A stretch of 64,000 nt of DNA. It comes from Acidimicrobiales bacterium (GTDB lineage Bacteria; Actinomycetota; Acidimicrobiia; Acidimicrobiales; RAAP-2). Shown here piece by piece: positions 44,401 to 54,436 of the stretch. Position numbers and translations under genes: made by a program. Under the pieces are notes generated by a model. It was given only the letters and a program-made list of their open reading frames with translations, had not been told where the DNA came from and did not search any database. The stretch lies in assembly GCA_036553725.1 (NCBI GenBank), contig DATBOO010000204.1, positions 12,565 through 76,564 on the forward strand, read 5' to 3'. The first letter of the stretch is position 1; the number at the start of each line of letters is the position of its first letter.

Positions 44401-46110
44401 ATGACCGAGGCGATCGAGAGCCCCGACCTCGCCCACCCGAAAGGCCCGCAGCACCGGCGAAGGTCGGGACGCGGGGCATCGGGGCCCCGGGCCGGCTCCG
44501 GCCCGACCGGAACCTTCGACGAGGCCGGGCTGCAGTCGATCGCCGACCAGTTGGAGTCGTCCGGCGGGCGGGGGCGGAAACGGCCGGGTCGGCACCGCAA
44601 GGCCAAATGGGTCCTGGGCTCGCTGGGCGTGTTCATCGTGCTGGTGGTGGGCGGCACGGCCGGCTACGCCTGGTATCTGAACCATGAGATCCACCGCATC
44701 GATGTGCGGGGACTGACCGATGTCCCGACCAGCGGAGCCGACGCCGGCACGGAGAACATCCTGATGGTCGGCTCGACCGACCGGTGCGCACTGGCCGTCC
44801 AGAACGCCGCCTACGGCCTGTGCTCCCAGGGCGTCAACGGCGTCAACAGCGACGTGGTGATGGTCCTCCACCTCGACCCGGCCAAGCACACGGTGTCGAT
44901 CCTCTCCATACCCCGCGACCTCTTCGTCCCCAACGCCCGGACCACCGGGGCCAACAAGATCGACGCCGGCCTGTACCAGGGCCCGAGCCAGCTGGTGGCC
45001 TCGATCAACGAGAACCTGGGCATCCCCATCCAGCACTACGTGGTGCTCAACTTCGACACCTTCGCCAACGTCGTGAACGCACTGGGCGGGGTGAAGATGT
45101 ACTTCCCCGAACCGGTGTATGACGCCTACTCGGGCCTGAAGCAGTTGACCCCGGGGTGCGTCCCCCTCGACGGGTTCCATGCCCTCCAGGTGGTCCGGGC
45201 CCGGCATCTGCAGTACAAGGGACCCGGCATCACCACCAGCCAGCCCGGGTACTGGCCGTCGGAGAACCTGAGCGACCTGGCCCGGATCCGCCGTGACCAC
45301 GAGTTCCTGCGGGTGCTGGCCACGGCGGTGGCCAAGCAGGGTCTGGGCAACCCGATCACCGACCAGCAGCTGGTGAGCGGCGTGGCCCCCCAGCTCCAGG
45401 TGGACAGCAAGTTCTCGAGCACCGACATGGTCGACCTGGTCCTCAACTTCCACTCGGTCAACGTGAACTCGGCCCCCCAGCTGACCCTCCCCGTACAGGT
45501 GGGCCAGTTCGGCTCCTACACCTACCGGGGCGGCGACTACGGAAGCATCGAGTTCCCGTCGGCCGCCGACGACGCCCAGGTGATCGACCAGTTCCTCGGG
45601 ATCGACTCCTCCACCGACTCCATGACCGGACACAAGCTGCCCAACCCCGACGCCGTGTCGGTCTCCGTCCTCAACGGCACCGGCGCCTACAACCAGGCCA
45701 CGACGACCGCCGACTCCTTGCGGGCGCAGGGGTTCCAGATCGCCGGCGTCGGCGACACCCCGTCGGTCGGGACCGAGTCCGAGACGGTCGTCTACTACGC
45801 CACCAAGACACCGGCGGCCCACGCCGCCGCCCAGGCCGTGGCCAGGTCGATGTCCGGTGCGGTGGTCACCGCCCTCGGCCCCACCAGCGACGGCGCCGAG
45901 GTCACCGTGGTCACCGGCTCGCAGTTCGCCGTCAATCCCCCGGCCGCCGGCTCCCCGGCGCCGGCCCCGGCCGGTGGCACCTCGTCGACCATCCCCAGCT
46001 CGACGCCGACGTCGTCCGGAGCGGCCTTCCAGCCCGCCACCGCCGCGGTGACCCCCCTGCAGCCCTGGGACCCGCGGTCCTGCACCCCCCAGGGGGGCGA
46101 AGGACCCTGA
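44401..46110 (+). CDS. LCP (LytR-CpsA-Psr) family protein with a C-terminal LytR_C-like domain
   Basis: Basic N-terminus plus one TM. ENILMVGSTDR, SDVVMVLHLDP, ILSIPRDL, HYVVLNFDTFANVVNALGGV and VRARH. The C-terminus has VSVSVLNGTGAYNQATTTADSLRAQGF. Confidence 0.85.
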   Translation: MTEAIESPDLAHPKGPQHRRRSGRGASGPRAGSGPTGTFDEAGLQSIADQLESSGGRGRKRPGRHRKAKWVLGSLGVFIVLVVGGTAGYAWYLNHEIHRIDVRGLTDVPTSGADAGTENILMVGSTDRCALAVQNAAYGLCSQGVNGVNSDVVMVLHLDPAKHTVSILSIPRDLFVPNARTTGANKIDAGLYQGPSQLVASINENLGIPIQHYVVLNFDTFANVVNALGGVKMYFPEPVYDAYSGLKQLTPGCVPLDGFHALQVVRARHLQYKGPGITTSQPGYWPSENLSDLARIRRDHEFLRVLATAVAKQGLGNPITDQQLVSGVAPQLQVDSKFSSTDMVDLVLNFHSVNVNSAPQLTLPVQVGQFGSYTYRGGDYGSIEFPSAADDAQVIDQFLGIDSSTDSMTGHKLPNPDAVSVSVLNGTGAYNQATTTADSLRAQGFQIAGVGDTPSVGTESETVVYYATKTPAAHAAAQAVARSMSGAVVTALGPTSDGAEVTVVTGSQFAVNPPAAGSPAPAPAGGTSSTIPSSTPTSSGAAFQPATAAVTPLQPWDPRSCTPQGGEGP

Positions 46111-46127
46111 CCCGGTAGCGGCAGCGG

Positions 46128-47099
46128 TTACGAGCCGATGTGCTCCGCCGGTACCGTCCCCAGCTTTCCGGCCTGGTAGTCCTCGAAGGCCTGGGCCACT
46201 TCCTCCCTGGTGTTCATCACGAACGGGCCGTAGGCGTAGACCGGCTCGCGGATCGGGCGCCCCCCGAGGACGAGCACGTCGAGGCCGGGGGTGGCCGAGT
46301 CCTGGGCGGTGTCGGCCGTGATGGTGACCGAGTCCCCTCCGCCGAGCACCGCCAGCTGCCCGGTCCGGACCGCGTGCCCGGTCTGGCCCACGGTGCCGGC
46401 GCCGCCGAGCACGTAGACCAGGGCGTTGAACTCCGTCGGCCAGGGGATGTCGACCCTGGCCCCGGGCGAAACGGTGGCATGCACCATGGCCATGGGCGAG
46501 TGGGTGGACCCGGGTCCGGCGTGGCCGGCGACGTCACCGGCGATGACCCGGAGCAGCGCGCCCCCGTCGGCCGAGGACAGCAGCACCACGCTGGAACGTC
46601 CGATGTCCTGGTAGCGCGGCGCGATCATCTTGTCGGCCCTGGGCAGGTTCACCCACAGCTGGATGCCGTGGAAGAGGCCGCCGCTGGCCACCAACTCCTC
46701 GGGCGGTGCCTCGATGTGGAGAATCCCCCCACCGGCGGTCATCCACTGGGTGTCCCCGTTGGTGATGAGGCCTCCGCCGCCGATCGAGTCCTGGTGCTGG
46801 AAGGTCCCGTCGATCATGTAGGTGACCGTCTCGAAGCCGCGATGGGGGTGCCAGGGGGTGCCCTTGGGCTCGCCCGGGGCGTATTCGACCTCGCCCATCT
46901 GGTCCATGTGCACGAAGGGATCGAGATGGCGTCGGTCCACACCGGCGAAGGCCCGGCGAACCGGGAAGCCCTCGCCTTCGAACCCGGACGGAGCGGTGGT
47001 CACCGAAATGACCGGCCTCCCGGTGGCCGGGGCCGAACCCACCGGTCCGATCCTCGGAAGCGCAAGTACGTCATCCACGGTCACTGCCGGCATGGCCAA
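46128..47099 (-). CDS. Pirin-family protein
   Basis: PWHPHRGFETVTYMIDGTFQHQDS and QWMTAGGGILHIE are bicupin pirin motifs. Confidence 0.9.
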   Translation of the reverse strand: MAMPAVTVDDVLALPRIGPVGSAPATGRPVISVTTAPSGFEGEGFPVRRAFAGVDRRHLDPFVHMDQMGEVEYAPGEPKGTPWHPHRGFETVTYMIDGTFQHQDSIGGGGLITNGDTQWMTAGGGILHIEAPPEELVASGGLFHGIQLWVNLPRADKMIAPRYQDIGRSSVVLLSSADGGALLRVIAGDVAGHAGPGSTHSPMAMVHATVSPGARVDIPWPTEFNALVYVLGGAGTVGQTGHAVRTGQLAVLGGGDSVTITADTAQDSATPGLDVLVLGGRPIREPVYAYGPFVMNTREEVAQAFEDYQAGKLGTVPAEHIGS

Positions 47100-47170
47100 C
47101 CCTCCTTCGATTCGCGGGTCGTTGCCTCACATGGTCGCTGAGCAACAATCCCTCTGTCCATAGAACATTA

Positions 47171-47184
47171 GTTGCGTTCGCAAC
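47171..47184. promoter_or_regulatory. Inverted repeat GTTGCG-TT-CGCAAC flanked by direct AACATT repeats in the pirin/RodZ-like divergent promoter
   Basis: Read directly, in an AT-richer patch (tagaacattagttgcgttcgcaacattcc). Candidate operator only. Confidence 0.25.
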
Positions 47185-47296
47185 ATTCCCGTCCGGCACC
47201 GGCGGCCGGGGCCCTCTCAACCGGGCTCCCCGGTGTGCCGAAAGGACAATCGGTGAACAAGTACGCTTGCCCCACGGGAGAGTCAGGAGACACCAC

Positions 47297-48367
47297 GTGA
47301 TCCGGCAACGCGGCGGGGCGACACGCCGGCGCGACGAACAGCAGGAAGCGACGATCTCCTCGGCCGAGGAGATCGGGCACCAACTCCGCGACGCTCGGGT
47401 GGAGCGCGGCTTGGACCTCCTGGCCGTGCACGATCGCCTGAGCCGGCCCATCACCCTGCTCGAGGCGCTCGAACAGGGGGACCTGGCCCGCCTGCCCGAC
47501 CAGGCGCTGGCCCTCTCCACCGTGCGGCGCTACGCCGCCTTTCTCGGGCTGGACGGGGACGCGCTGGCCCTGCGGATGATCGACGCCTGGTCGACGTGGG
47601 CGCCCCCTTCAAACGGAGCGCAACGCACGCCGGGGTCGGAGTCCGGGTCGGCGGCGACCAACGTGGTGGCCGCCGTCACCCCCGCTCCGGACCACCTCCG
47701 GGCGTTCACCCAGACCGGGCCGGTCCCGAGGGTCGGCGGCGGGTCGACGGCGGCCCTCGCCGGGTACGAGCTGACCACCGGGCCCCCGACCGGCACCTTC
47801 CCGGTGGTCCCCCGCCACGAGATCAAGGACAGCAAGCGGGCGGTGGCCAGGGCCCGCCGACGGCTCCGCGCCCCCACCCCGCTCAAGGTGTTCACCTGGG
47901 TCGCCGCCGCGCTGGTGCTGGTGGCCCTGGCCGGGTTCGGCGTGCGCCAGTGGCGGCCCCAGTGGCTGGTGCGGTCGCACGTCATCCGGATCGCCCAGCC
48001 CGGCGGCGCGCCGGCCGCCACCCCACCACCGACCTCCGGCACGCACCGGACCCCGCTGCCGCCGGTCCAGCTCACCTCGACCACCGGCCAGGTCTCCACC
48101 TACTCGGTCCGGGCCCAGAGATTCACCGTCGACATCGCCACCTCGGGGCAGGTCTGGGTGCAGGTCACCAGTGCGGACTCACCGGTCCCCCTGATCAGCG
48201 GGGTCCAGGCGGCCGGGAAGGCCCTCACCTTCCCGGCCAAGACGGCGACGACCGTCGAGGTCGGTGCGTCGGCGGTGGTCGTCGCCGTGAGGATCGGGAC
48301 CAAGGCGGTCTTCTCCGACCAGCCCAAGGCCACGCCCTACACCTACGTGTTCAACCCGGCCGGGTAG
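47297..48367 (+). CDS. RodZ-like protein (XRE-type HTH + TM + DUF4115-like C-terminal domain)
   Basis: EEIGHQLRDARVERGLDLLAVHDRLSRPITLLEALEQGD, TM WVAAALVLVALAGFGV and a C-terminal beta-rich TVDIATSGQVWVQVTS...TFPAKTATTVEVG. SD AGGAGA lies 6 nt before GTG 47297. Confidence 0.75.
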   Translation: MIRQRGGATRRRDEQQEATISSAEEIGHQLRDARVERGLDLLAVHDRLSRPITLLEALEQGDLARLPDQALALSTVRRYAAFLGLDGDALALRMIDAWSTWAPPSNGAQRTPGSESGSAATNVVAAVTPAPDHLRAFTQTGPVPRVGGGSTAALAGYELTTGPPTGTFPVVPRHEIKDSKRAVARARRRLRAPTPLKVFTWVAAALVLVALAGFGVRQWRPQWLVRSHVIRIAQPGGAPAATPPPTSGTHRTPLPPVQLTSTTGQVSTYSVRAQRFTVDIATSGQVWVQVTSADSPVPLISGVQAAGKALTFPAKTATTVEVGASAVVVAVRIGTKAVFSDQPKATPYTYVFNPAG

Positions 48368-48478
48368 CCCCGGCGCACCACCGGTTGGTCCCCGGCCGGA
48401 CCGCCGGTCGGATCGCAGCCGGACCGTGGTCGGGCTCGGGTTGGACGCCGCCGGGCCCAGGGTCGGACCGCGGCCCTC

Positions 48479-49387
48479 TCAGGCGTCGGGAGCAGGAGTC
48501 GCCGGGACCGGGTCGGCGGCCAGCTCGGCGTCGAGCTGCGCGTCATAGCGGGCGGCCTTGCGCTCCTCGTAGCGCACCCATTGCACGAACACCGGGATCA
48601 GCGCCAGCAGGGTGAAGAGCTCGGCGCCGATCCACAGGATGGCGGCACCGGCATGGGTGCCCCCGACCGAGTACATGGAGGCGGCCGGCCGGCTGGTGCT
48701 CAACAGGGCCAGCGCCAGGAAGGACTCGATGGGCACGCCGACCAACAGGCTGATCAGCCGCAGCCCGTGGCCCATCCGCCAGTGCGGGATCGGGTCGAGG
48801 CCCACGATGGGCCACCAGAACAGCGTGGAGGCGGCCAGGAAGGCCAGGTTCACCAGGTCCATCACCCACATGTGGTCCATGGCGAAACCGAGAGCGAAGG
48901 TCAGGAAGAAGGCGAACATCGACAAGTAGTAGAGGGCCCAGACCGGGAGCGGGTGGGTCAGGACCTGGAAGGGACGGGAGTTGAGGACCTTGAGCAGGCG
49001 GACCTTGCCGACCCGGCCCGAGGTCTGCAGGGCCAGGGTCATGGGCGCCCCCATGGCCAGCAGCGGCGGGCCGACCACCATCAACAGCAGGTGCTGGACG
49101 ACGTGGGACTGGAAGTAGCCCATGGAGAAGGTGGCCACCGGTGACTGGAGGGCGAGGTCGACGGCCACCAGGCCGGCGATGAACGAGACGGTCCGCTTGG
49201 TCCGCCACGGGTGACCCCGGGCCGACAGCCGGGACGCGGCCTGCAGATACCAGGCCCCGGCAACCACGACGGCCACCAGGACCAGCAGCGGGAACGGGCT
49301 CAGATCCCACTGGGTCAGGGCGTTGTGGAGGGTGAAGGGCAGGCGGCCTGCCCCATGCATCCCCGGCATCCCCGGCATCTCCGGCAT
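48479..49387 (-). CDS. ctaG: Cytochrome c oxidase assembly factor CtaG-like (Caa3_CtaG family) membrane protein
   Basis: Polytopic. [36 protein letters not shown] and [11 protein letters not shown]. Start trimmed to ATG 49387. Confidence 0.75.
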   Translation of the reverse strand: MPEMPGMPGMHGAGRLPFTLHNALTQWDLSPFPLLVLVAVVVAGAWYLQAASRLSARGHPWRTKRTVSFIAGLVAVDLALQSPVATFSMGYFQSHVVQHLLLMVVGPPLLAMGAPMTLALQTSGRVGKVRLLKVLNSRPFQVLTHPLPVWALYYLSMFAFFLTFALGFAMDHMWVMDLVNLAFLAASTLFWWPIVGLDPIPHWRMGHGLRLISLLVGVPIESFLALALLSTSRPAASMYSVGGTHAGAAILWIGAELFTLLALIPVFVQWVRYEERKAARYDAQLDAELAADPVPATPAPDA

Positions 49388-49390
49388 CGG
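49357..49390 (-). repeat. 9-bp tandem repeat (GCATCCCCG-like x3.5) encoding [10 protein letters not shown] at the CtaG-like N-terminus
   Basis: Read directly. It offers several in-frame ATG starts. Confidence 0.8.
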
Positions 49391-49578
49391 CTCCACACTA
49401 CCGACCTCCGCCCCGGTCCCCCACCCGGGCGGGCGCTCCGGTTCCCCGCCCGGCGAGCCCACGACGCCCCCGCCCCGGGCACACGGATTTCGGCTGTGCA
49501 AGAATCGGCCCACCCGGGCCGCGGATGGCCGGGTCGGTCCGCTGGCGGCGGGCCGATGGCGGCGATGAAGGAGAGAAG

Positions 49579-51468
49579 ATGGCGGAGTCTCTTGTATCCG
49601 GTCGCCGGCGGGTCCCCGCCGTGGCGGCTGCGGCGCTCGTGGTGTGCTCGATGTGCCTTCTCCCCTCGGGGGTCCACGCGGCCGGCGCATCGGGCCGGGC
49701 CGGCTCCCACCAGGTTCGACAGGCCGAACCGAAGGTCACCGCCCAGCTGCAGTGGTCGGCGGCCATCGCCGCGCCGGGAGGCGGGGTCGGCATCTCGTCC
49801 CCCAACATCGCCAACCTCCCGGGGGGCCCGGCCGTGGTGGTCGGGGACGAGCTGGGGTACGTGGACGCCAACTCCCTCGCCAACGGGGCCCGGGTGCCGG
49901 GCTGGCCGGCCTACGCCGGCGCCCCCGTTGAATCCACCCCCTCGGCCGCCCCGGTACTGCCCGGTGGCTTCGACTCGGTCTTCGCCGGGGTGGGCACTGC
50001 CGCCAGCCCGTACGTCGGCGGCTATCAGGCCATCACCCCCCAGGGGCATGGCCAGTGGTTCGTGCAAGAGTCGAACCCGGGCACCGACCCCTTTCCCCAC
50101 AACGGCGTCAAGGCGTCCCTCGCCGTCGGCAACCTGCAGGGCTCGACCGACGTGGTCGGCGGCTCACTGGGCGAGAACATGTACGCCATGGACGGAGCCT
50201 CGGGCTCGGTGCTCTCCGGATTTCCGTGGTTCCAGGCCGACAGCAGCTTCGCCACCCCGGCCCTGGCCGACGTCTACGGCAACGGCCAGACCGACATCAT
50301 CGAGGGCAACGACTCGACCGCCGGGTTCGCCTACAACACGCAGTACAACGACGGCGGCGAGCTGCGGATACTGCGCCCCACCGGCAACGCCGGCCAGAGC
50401 CAGCCCAACGGCGGACTCGCCTGCAAGTACGAAGCCAACCAGGTAGTGCAGTCCTCGCCCGCGGTCGGAAAGTTCCTCAATGCCGGCACGGCCTATGGCA
50501 TCGTGGCCGGCTTCGGCGACTACTATCCCGGTCGCTCCAACACCGACCAGTTGATCGCCATCGACTCGGGTTGCAACCTCCGTTGGGCACAGACCCTGGA
50601 CGGCAGCTCGGCGGGCAGCCCGGCGCTGGCCGACGTGTTGGGGGACGGCGAGCTGCAGGTCGTCGAGAGCACCGGGAGCTCGGTCTGGGTGTTGAACGCC
50701 TCCAGCGGCCAGCCCATCTGGCACCAGCCAATCCCCGGAGGCGGTGGCTCGGTGGTCACTGCCGACCTGACCGGATCAGGGGCCCAGGACGTCATCGTCC
50801 CCACCTCCGGCGGTGCCGAGATCCTCGACGGCCCGACCGGACGGCTGCTCGGGACCCTGTCCGGTGGATCCGGGCAGAACTCACCGCTGGTCACCGACGA
50901 TCCCAACGGCACCATCGGGATCACCCTGGCCGGGGGTAGCCAGATCGACCACTACGAGATCCCCGGCTCGAACGGCTCGACGGTCTACGGGGTCGGGGCG
51001 TGGCCGATGTTCCACCACGACCCCCAGCTGACCGGGCTGGTCGACAGCCCGCCCCCCAACATCGAGGTGCCCTGCAACGCCCCGGCCGGGGGCGCCCACG
51101 GCTACTACCTGTCCGCCTCCGACGGGGGCATCTTCACCTTCGGCAATTTTCCGTTCTGCGGATCCACCGGCGCCATCGCCCTCAACCGGCCGGTGGTCGG
51201 CACGACGGGAACGCCAGACGCCGGTGGCTACTGGGAGGTGGCCTCCGACGGCGGGGTGTTCGCCTTCGGCGACGCCGCCTTCTACGGGTCGACCGGTGCC
51301 CTGCATCTCAACCAGCCGGTGGTGGGCATGGCCGCCACGCCGAGCGGCCACGGCTACTGGCTGGTGGCCTCCGACGGGGGCATCTTCGCCTTCGGCGACG
51401 CCGCCTTCTACGGATCGACCGGCGCCCTGCATCTCAACCGGCCGGTGGTGGGCATGTCGTCGCGCTGA
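49579..51468 (+). CDS. Secreted FG-GAP/VCBS-type beta-propeller protein ending in three ~42-aa GYW...SDGG[IV]F.FGDA.FYGS repeats
   Basis: Signal peptide [41 protein letters not shown]-like blades ([43 protein letters not shown]). SD GAAGGAG lies upstream of ATG 49579. Confidence 0.8.
   Translation: MAESLVSGRRRVPAVAAAALVVCSMCLLPSGVHAAGASGRAGSHQVRQAEPKVTAQLQWSAAIAAPGGGVGISSPNIANLPGGPAVVVGDELGYVDANSLANGARVPGWPAYAGAPVESTPSAAPVLPGGFDSVFAGVGTAASPYVGGYQAITPQGHGQWFVQESNPGTDPFPHNGVKASLAVGNLQGSTDVVGGSLGENMYAMDGASGSVLSGFPWFQADSSFATPALADVYGNGQTDIIEGNDSTAGFAYNTQYNDGGELRILRPTGNAGQSQPNGGLACKYEANQVVQSSPAVGKFLNAGTAYGIVAGFGDYYPGRSNTDQLIAIDSGCNLRWAQTLDGSSAGSPALADVLGDGELQVVESTGSSVWVLNASSGQPIWHQPIPGGGGSVVTADLTGSGAQDVIVPTSGGAEILDGPTGRLLGTLSGGSGQNSPLVTDDPNGTIGITLAGGSQIDHYEIPGSNGSTVYGVGAWPMFHHDPQLTGLVDSPPPNIEVPCNAPAGGAHGYYLSASDGGIFTFGNFPFCGSTGAIALNRPVVGTTGTPDAGGYWEVASDGGVFAFGDAAFYGSTGALHLNQPVVGMAATPSGHGYWLVASDGGIFAFGDAAFYGSTGALHLNRPVVGMSSR
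51100..51465 (+). repeat. Three tandem 126-bp coding repeats (51100-51225, 51226-51351, 51352-51465; the last is 114 bp)
   Basis: Units start GGCTAC(TAC/TGG). Copies 2 and 3 are nearly identical at DNA level through ...ttcgccttcggcgacgccgccttctacgg.tcgaccgg.gccctgcatctcaacc.gccggtggtgggcatg. Confidence 0.9.
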
Positions 51469-51475
51469 CGGCCGC

Positions 51476-51970
51476 CTACGAGCCCACCACCCGCACGATC
51501 TCCCCGGTCTCGACCCGGTAGCGCCACCCCTCAACGGTCACGCCCGGCGCCAGCCCCTCACAGCCGCGGACGGCGTCCACGTCCGCCCGCAGCGAGGCGT
51601 CGGGGTCCGGCATGGCCAGGAACTCCCAGGCTGCGGAGCCCGTCCTCCGGTCGGGGGGGAGGTCCGACCGGATCGACTCGTCGGTGCGGTGGGCCAGGGC
51701 GCAGTCCGTGTGCTGCATGACGGCGATCCTCCTCACCCCGAGGAAGGCGGTGGCGAGGATGAACGAGCGGAGGACGTCGGCGGTCACCCGCCCGCCGGCG
51801 TTGCGGAGGATCTTGGCGTCGCCGGGGACCAGGCCGAGCATGGTCAGCGGCTCGATGCGGCTGTCCATGCAGGTGAGCAGCCCGAATCCCTTGGCGGCCC
51901 GGGACGGCAGTCCCTGCAGTGAGAACCGGGAAGCGTACCGGCGATTTTCGGCCAACAGGTCGTCGAACAT
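51476..51970 (-). CDS. Beta-class carbonic anhydrase
   Basis: LLTCMDSRIEP and VMQHTDCAL provide the Cys/His/Cys zinc ligands. Start trimmed to ATG 51970 (MFDDLLAENRR). Confidence 0.9.
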   Translation of the reverse strand: MFDDLLAENRRYASRFSLQGLPSRAAKGFGLLTCMDSRIEPLTMLGLVPGDAKILRNAGGRVTADVLRSFILATAFLGVRRIAVMQHTDCALAHRTDESIRSDLPPDRRTGSAAWEFLAMPDPDASLRADVDAVRGCEGLAPGVTVEGWRYRVETGEIVRVVGS

Positions 51971-52031
51971 GGAGAGAGCATGGCAGACCGCCGTCGCTCG
52001 TAGGCTCGGCCCGGGGGCGGAGAGGAGCGCC

Positions 52032-53096
52032 GTGGACCTGCTGGACCTGACGTTGAGGTGGCCGATCATCGGAGCGCCCATGGCCGGCGGGCCCTCCACT
52101 CCGGCCCTGGCCGCCGCCGTCGGCCACGCCGGGGGGCTGGGGTTCCTGGCCGGCGGCTACCGCACGGCCGAGGCGCTGGCCGGGGAGATCGAGGCCGTCC
52201 GGGCCCTGACCACCGCCCCGTTCGGGGTCAACCTCTTCGTGCCGGGGGACCCCGCCGTCGACGAGGGTGCGGTCGAGGGCTACCTGGCCGGCCTGCGGGC
52301 CGAGGCGGACGAACTCGGCGTCGACCTGGTGCCGACCTGGGACGATGACGGGTGGGCGGAGAAGATCGCCCTGCTGGTAACCCGGCCCGTGCCCGTCGTC
52401 AGCTTCACCTTCGGGTGCCCGGTGGCCACGGTCGTGGACCGGCTCCGGCGCGCCGGCTCCCGGATCGTGGTCACCGTGACCGACCCGGTCGAGGCCCGCG
52501 CGGCGGCCGCCGCCGGTGCCGACGCGGTGTGCGCGCAGGGGATCGAGGCCGGCGGGCACCAGAGCACATTCAGCGACGACGTGGGACTCGAGACGGGTAT
52601 GGGTCTCCCCACACTCATCCCCGCCGTGTGCCGGGCGGTGGACCTCCCGGTGATCGCCGCGGGCGGGATGATGACCGGTGCCGACGTCGCCGTAGCGGTG
52701 ACTGCCGGGGCGGTGGCCGCTCAGGTGGGCACCGCCCTCCTCCGCTGCCCCGAGAGCGGTGCGCACCACCTCCACAAGGAGGCGCTGGCCGACCCCGCCT
52801 TCGGGGCGACGGCGATGACGAGGGCCTTCAGCGGGCGCCGGGCCCGCGGGCTGGTCAACCGGTTCGTGCGGGCGCACCCCGACGCGCCCTCGGCCTACCC
52901 GCAGATCAACAACGCCACCCGGGCCCTGCGCCGGGAGGCCGCCCGCCGCGGTGATGCCCAGACGATCAACCTTTGGGCGGGCCAGGGATTCGCACGGGCC
53001 GAGGAACGCCCGGCGGCGGAGGTCATCGCCCGGATGGGGGCCGAGTTCGAGGCGCTGACGCCCGGCACCGATCGGACCGGCACGGGTTCGCCCTGA
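52032..53096 (+). CDS. Nitronate monooxygenase (NMO / 2-nitropropane dioxygenase-like, FMN)
   Basis: WPIIGAPMAGGPSTPALAAAVGHAGGLGFL, VCAQGIEAGGH and PVIAAGGM. SD GGAGAGGAG lies before GTG 52032. Confidence 0.85.
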   Translation: MDLLDLTLRWPIIGAPMAGGPSTPALAAAVGHAGGLGFLAGGYRTAEALAGEIEAVRALTTAPFGVNLFVPGDPAVDEGAVEGYLAGLRAEADELGVDLVPTWDDDGWAEKIALLVTRPVPVVSFTFGCPVATVVDRLRRAGSRIVVTVTDPVEARAAAAAGADAVCAQGIEAGGHQSTFSDDVGLETGMGLPTLIPAVCRAVDLPVIAAGGMMTGADVAVAVTAGAVAAQVGTALLRCPESGAHHLHKEALADPAFGATAMTRAFSGRRARGLVNRFVRAHPDAPSAYPQINNATRALRREAARRGDAQTINLWAGQGFARAEERPAAEVIARMGAEFEALTPGTDRTGTGSP

Positions 53097-53099
53097 ACC

Positions 53100-53129
53100 G
53101 TGTCCGGCGGTGTCCGGCGGTGTCCGGCC
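53100..53129. repeat. 10-bp tandem repeat GTGTCCGGCG x3 in a convergent intergenic gap
   Basis: Read directly, between the NMO stop (53096) and the hydrolase stop (53137). Confidence 0.9.
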
Positions 53130-53136
53130 GACGGGG

Positions 53137-54378
53137 TCAGTCCCGGAAGGCGGCGGCCTGATCCCGAACCAGCGTCACCAAGTTGCCGAGGGCGAGATTG
53201 ACGTCTTCGAGGTGCAGTCCCCAGGTGGGTCCCAGCGTCTGGCTCACCGACGGGCGGACGTCCCCCGGCGTCTGGGTGCGGTCCACCTGCAACCAGGTGG
53301 CCCCGCCGGTGCTCTCACAGCGACCGGTGTACAGGTCGGGGTAGGTGGCCCAGGGGGTGGGTGCGCCGGCCACCTGCGCATAGGCGGCGCCGAGTGTCCC
53401 GGGGAACCGGCTGGTCGGCGCGTACGGCTGGAGCACCCCGGGGGCGGCGGGCCGGGCGATGGACGCCGGGTTGGTGCACAGGACCTGGAGGCCTTGGCCG
53501 GCGCCGCCCCCGGACAGGCTGCTCACCCCCTGGCCGACCCGGCCGAAGAGGCTGTCCGGGGGAGGTGGGTCGAGGAACATCGAGTACGCCACGACGCAAC
53601 CTGTCTCGCCGCTCGTGGTGCAGGCGGGGATGTGGCGGAAGTCGCCCCCCACGGTCTGCCCGACCGGCACGGTGACATTGCCGCCGAGCAGGAGGGCGGA
53701 CACCAGGTGGGCGCGCATCGCCGGGTTCGGGTCGACCTGCGACCGCAGGAGCTGGATGAGCATGGCCGATCCCTGCGAGTGGCCGATGAACACGACTCCC
53801 CGGCCGCGGTTGTAGTGGGCCAGGTAGTAGCGCCAGGCCGAGAGCACCCCGTCGTAGGCGACGGTCGCCGCCGACGCGGTGGCCGGCGTGGAGGAGCCCG
53901 GGGTGATGGCGGCGAGCGTGAGCTGCGGGTACATGGGTGCGTAGACCCGGCAGGCGGTCGAGAACCGGGAGGCCTGGGCCATCGCCACCGCGGTCTCCTC
54001 CGGGTCGACGGTGAGGTTGGCGTTCACCGTCGGCTGACCGCTGACCGTCGGGTACACATAGAAGCAGTCGATGGGCGGGGGCGGGGCCGGCGGCGGCGGT
54101 TGGGTGGACGTGCTGCCGTCGGCGTGGAACACGGTGGCATCGAGGTCGGCCGTGCAGGGATCGTCGGGCTGGCCGGGCCGGCACAGCCAGACCGGAGAGG
54201 CGCCTCCCGGTGCGCCCGTCGTCGTGGTCGACGGTGGCGACGGGCTCGACGACGGGCTCGATGAAGGCGAGCTCGAGCACGAGGTCAGCAGGGCCGCCGC
54301 CAGCACGGCCACCGCGCCGACGGCGAAACCGGCCGGCCGACGCCCGCCGGACCCCCGCGGGTCGACCGACTTCTCCAT
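53137..54378 (-). CDS. Secreted lipoprotein alpha/beta-hydrolase (DUF3089-like lipase/esterase)
   Basis: Lipobox ALLTSC followed by a (SSSP)n linker. Nucleophile elbow VFIGHSQGSAML. Start trimmed to ATG 54378. Confidence 0.7.
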   Translation of the reverse strand: MEKSVDPRGSGGRRPAGFAVGAVAVLAAALLTSCSSSPSSSPSSSPSPPSTTTTGAPGGASPVWLCRPGQPDDPCTADLDATVFHADGSTSTQPPPPAPPPPIDCFYVYPTVSGQPTVNANLTVDPEETAVAMAQASRFSTACRVYAPMYPQLTLAAITPGSSTPATASAATVAYDGVLSAWRYYLAHYNRGRGVVFIGHSQGSAMLIQLLRSQVDPNPAMRAHLVSALLLGGNVTVPVGQTVGGDFRHIPACTTSGETGCVVAYSMFLDPPPPDSLFGRVGQGVSSLSGGGAGQGLQVLCTNPASIARPAAPGVLQPYAPTSRFPGTLGAAYAQVAGAPTPWATYPDLYTGRCESTGGATWLQVDRTQTPGDVRPSVSQTLGPTWGLHLEDVNLALGNLVTLVRDQAAAFRD

Positions 54379-54436
54379 GCCCAGCAGTATTCCCGAAATC
54401 ACCCCGGCCACGACGTCCCGCCCGGAAGCGACCCCG

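Noticed and set aside
41611-45822. 1403-aa minus-strand ORF spanning 4.2 kb
   Set aside because: From 42607 onward it lies antisense to a well-supported BVMO and an LCP gene. Its translation there is Arg/Gly/Pro/Val-rich with no domain signatures. This is the classic stop-free antisense frame of high-GC DNA. Only the 3' 831 nt were kept, as a hypothetical gene.
32371-53129. Short tandem repeats (32371-32400, 49357-49390, 53100-53129) as possible CRISPR or mini-satellite arrays
   Set aside because: The units are 9-10 bp with no spacers and at most 3.5 copies, and no cas genes are present. These are simple slippage duplications, not CRISPR.
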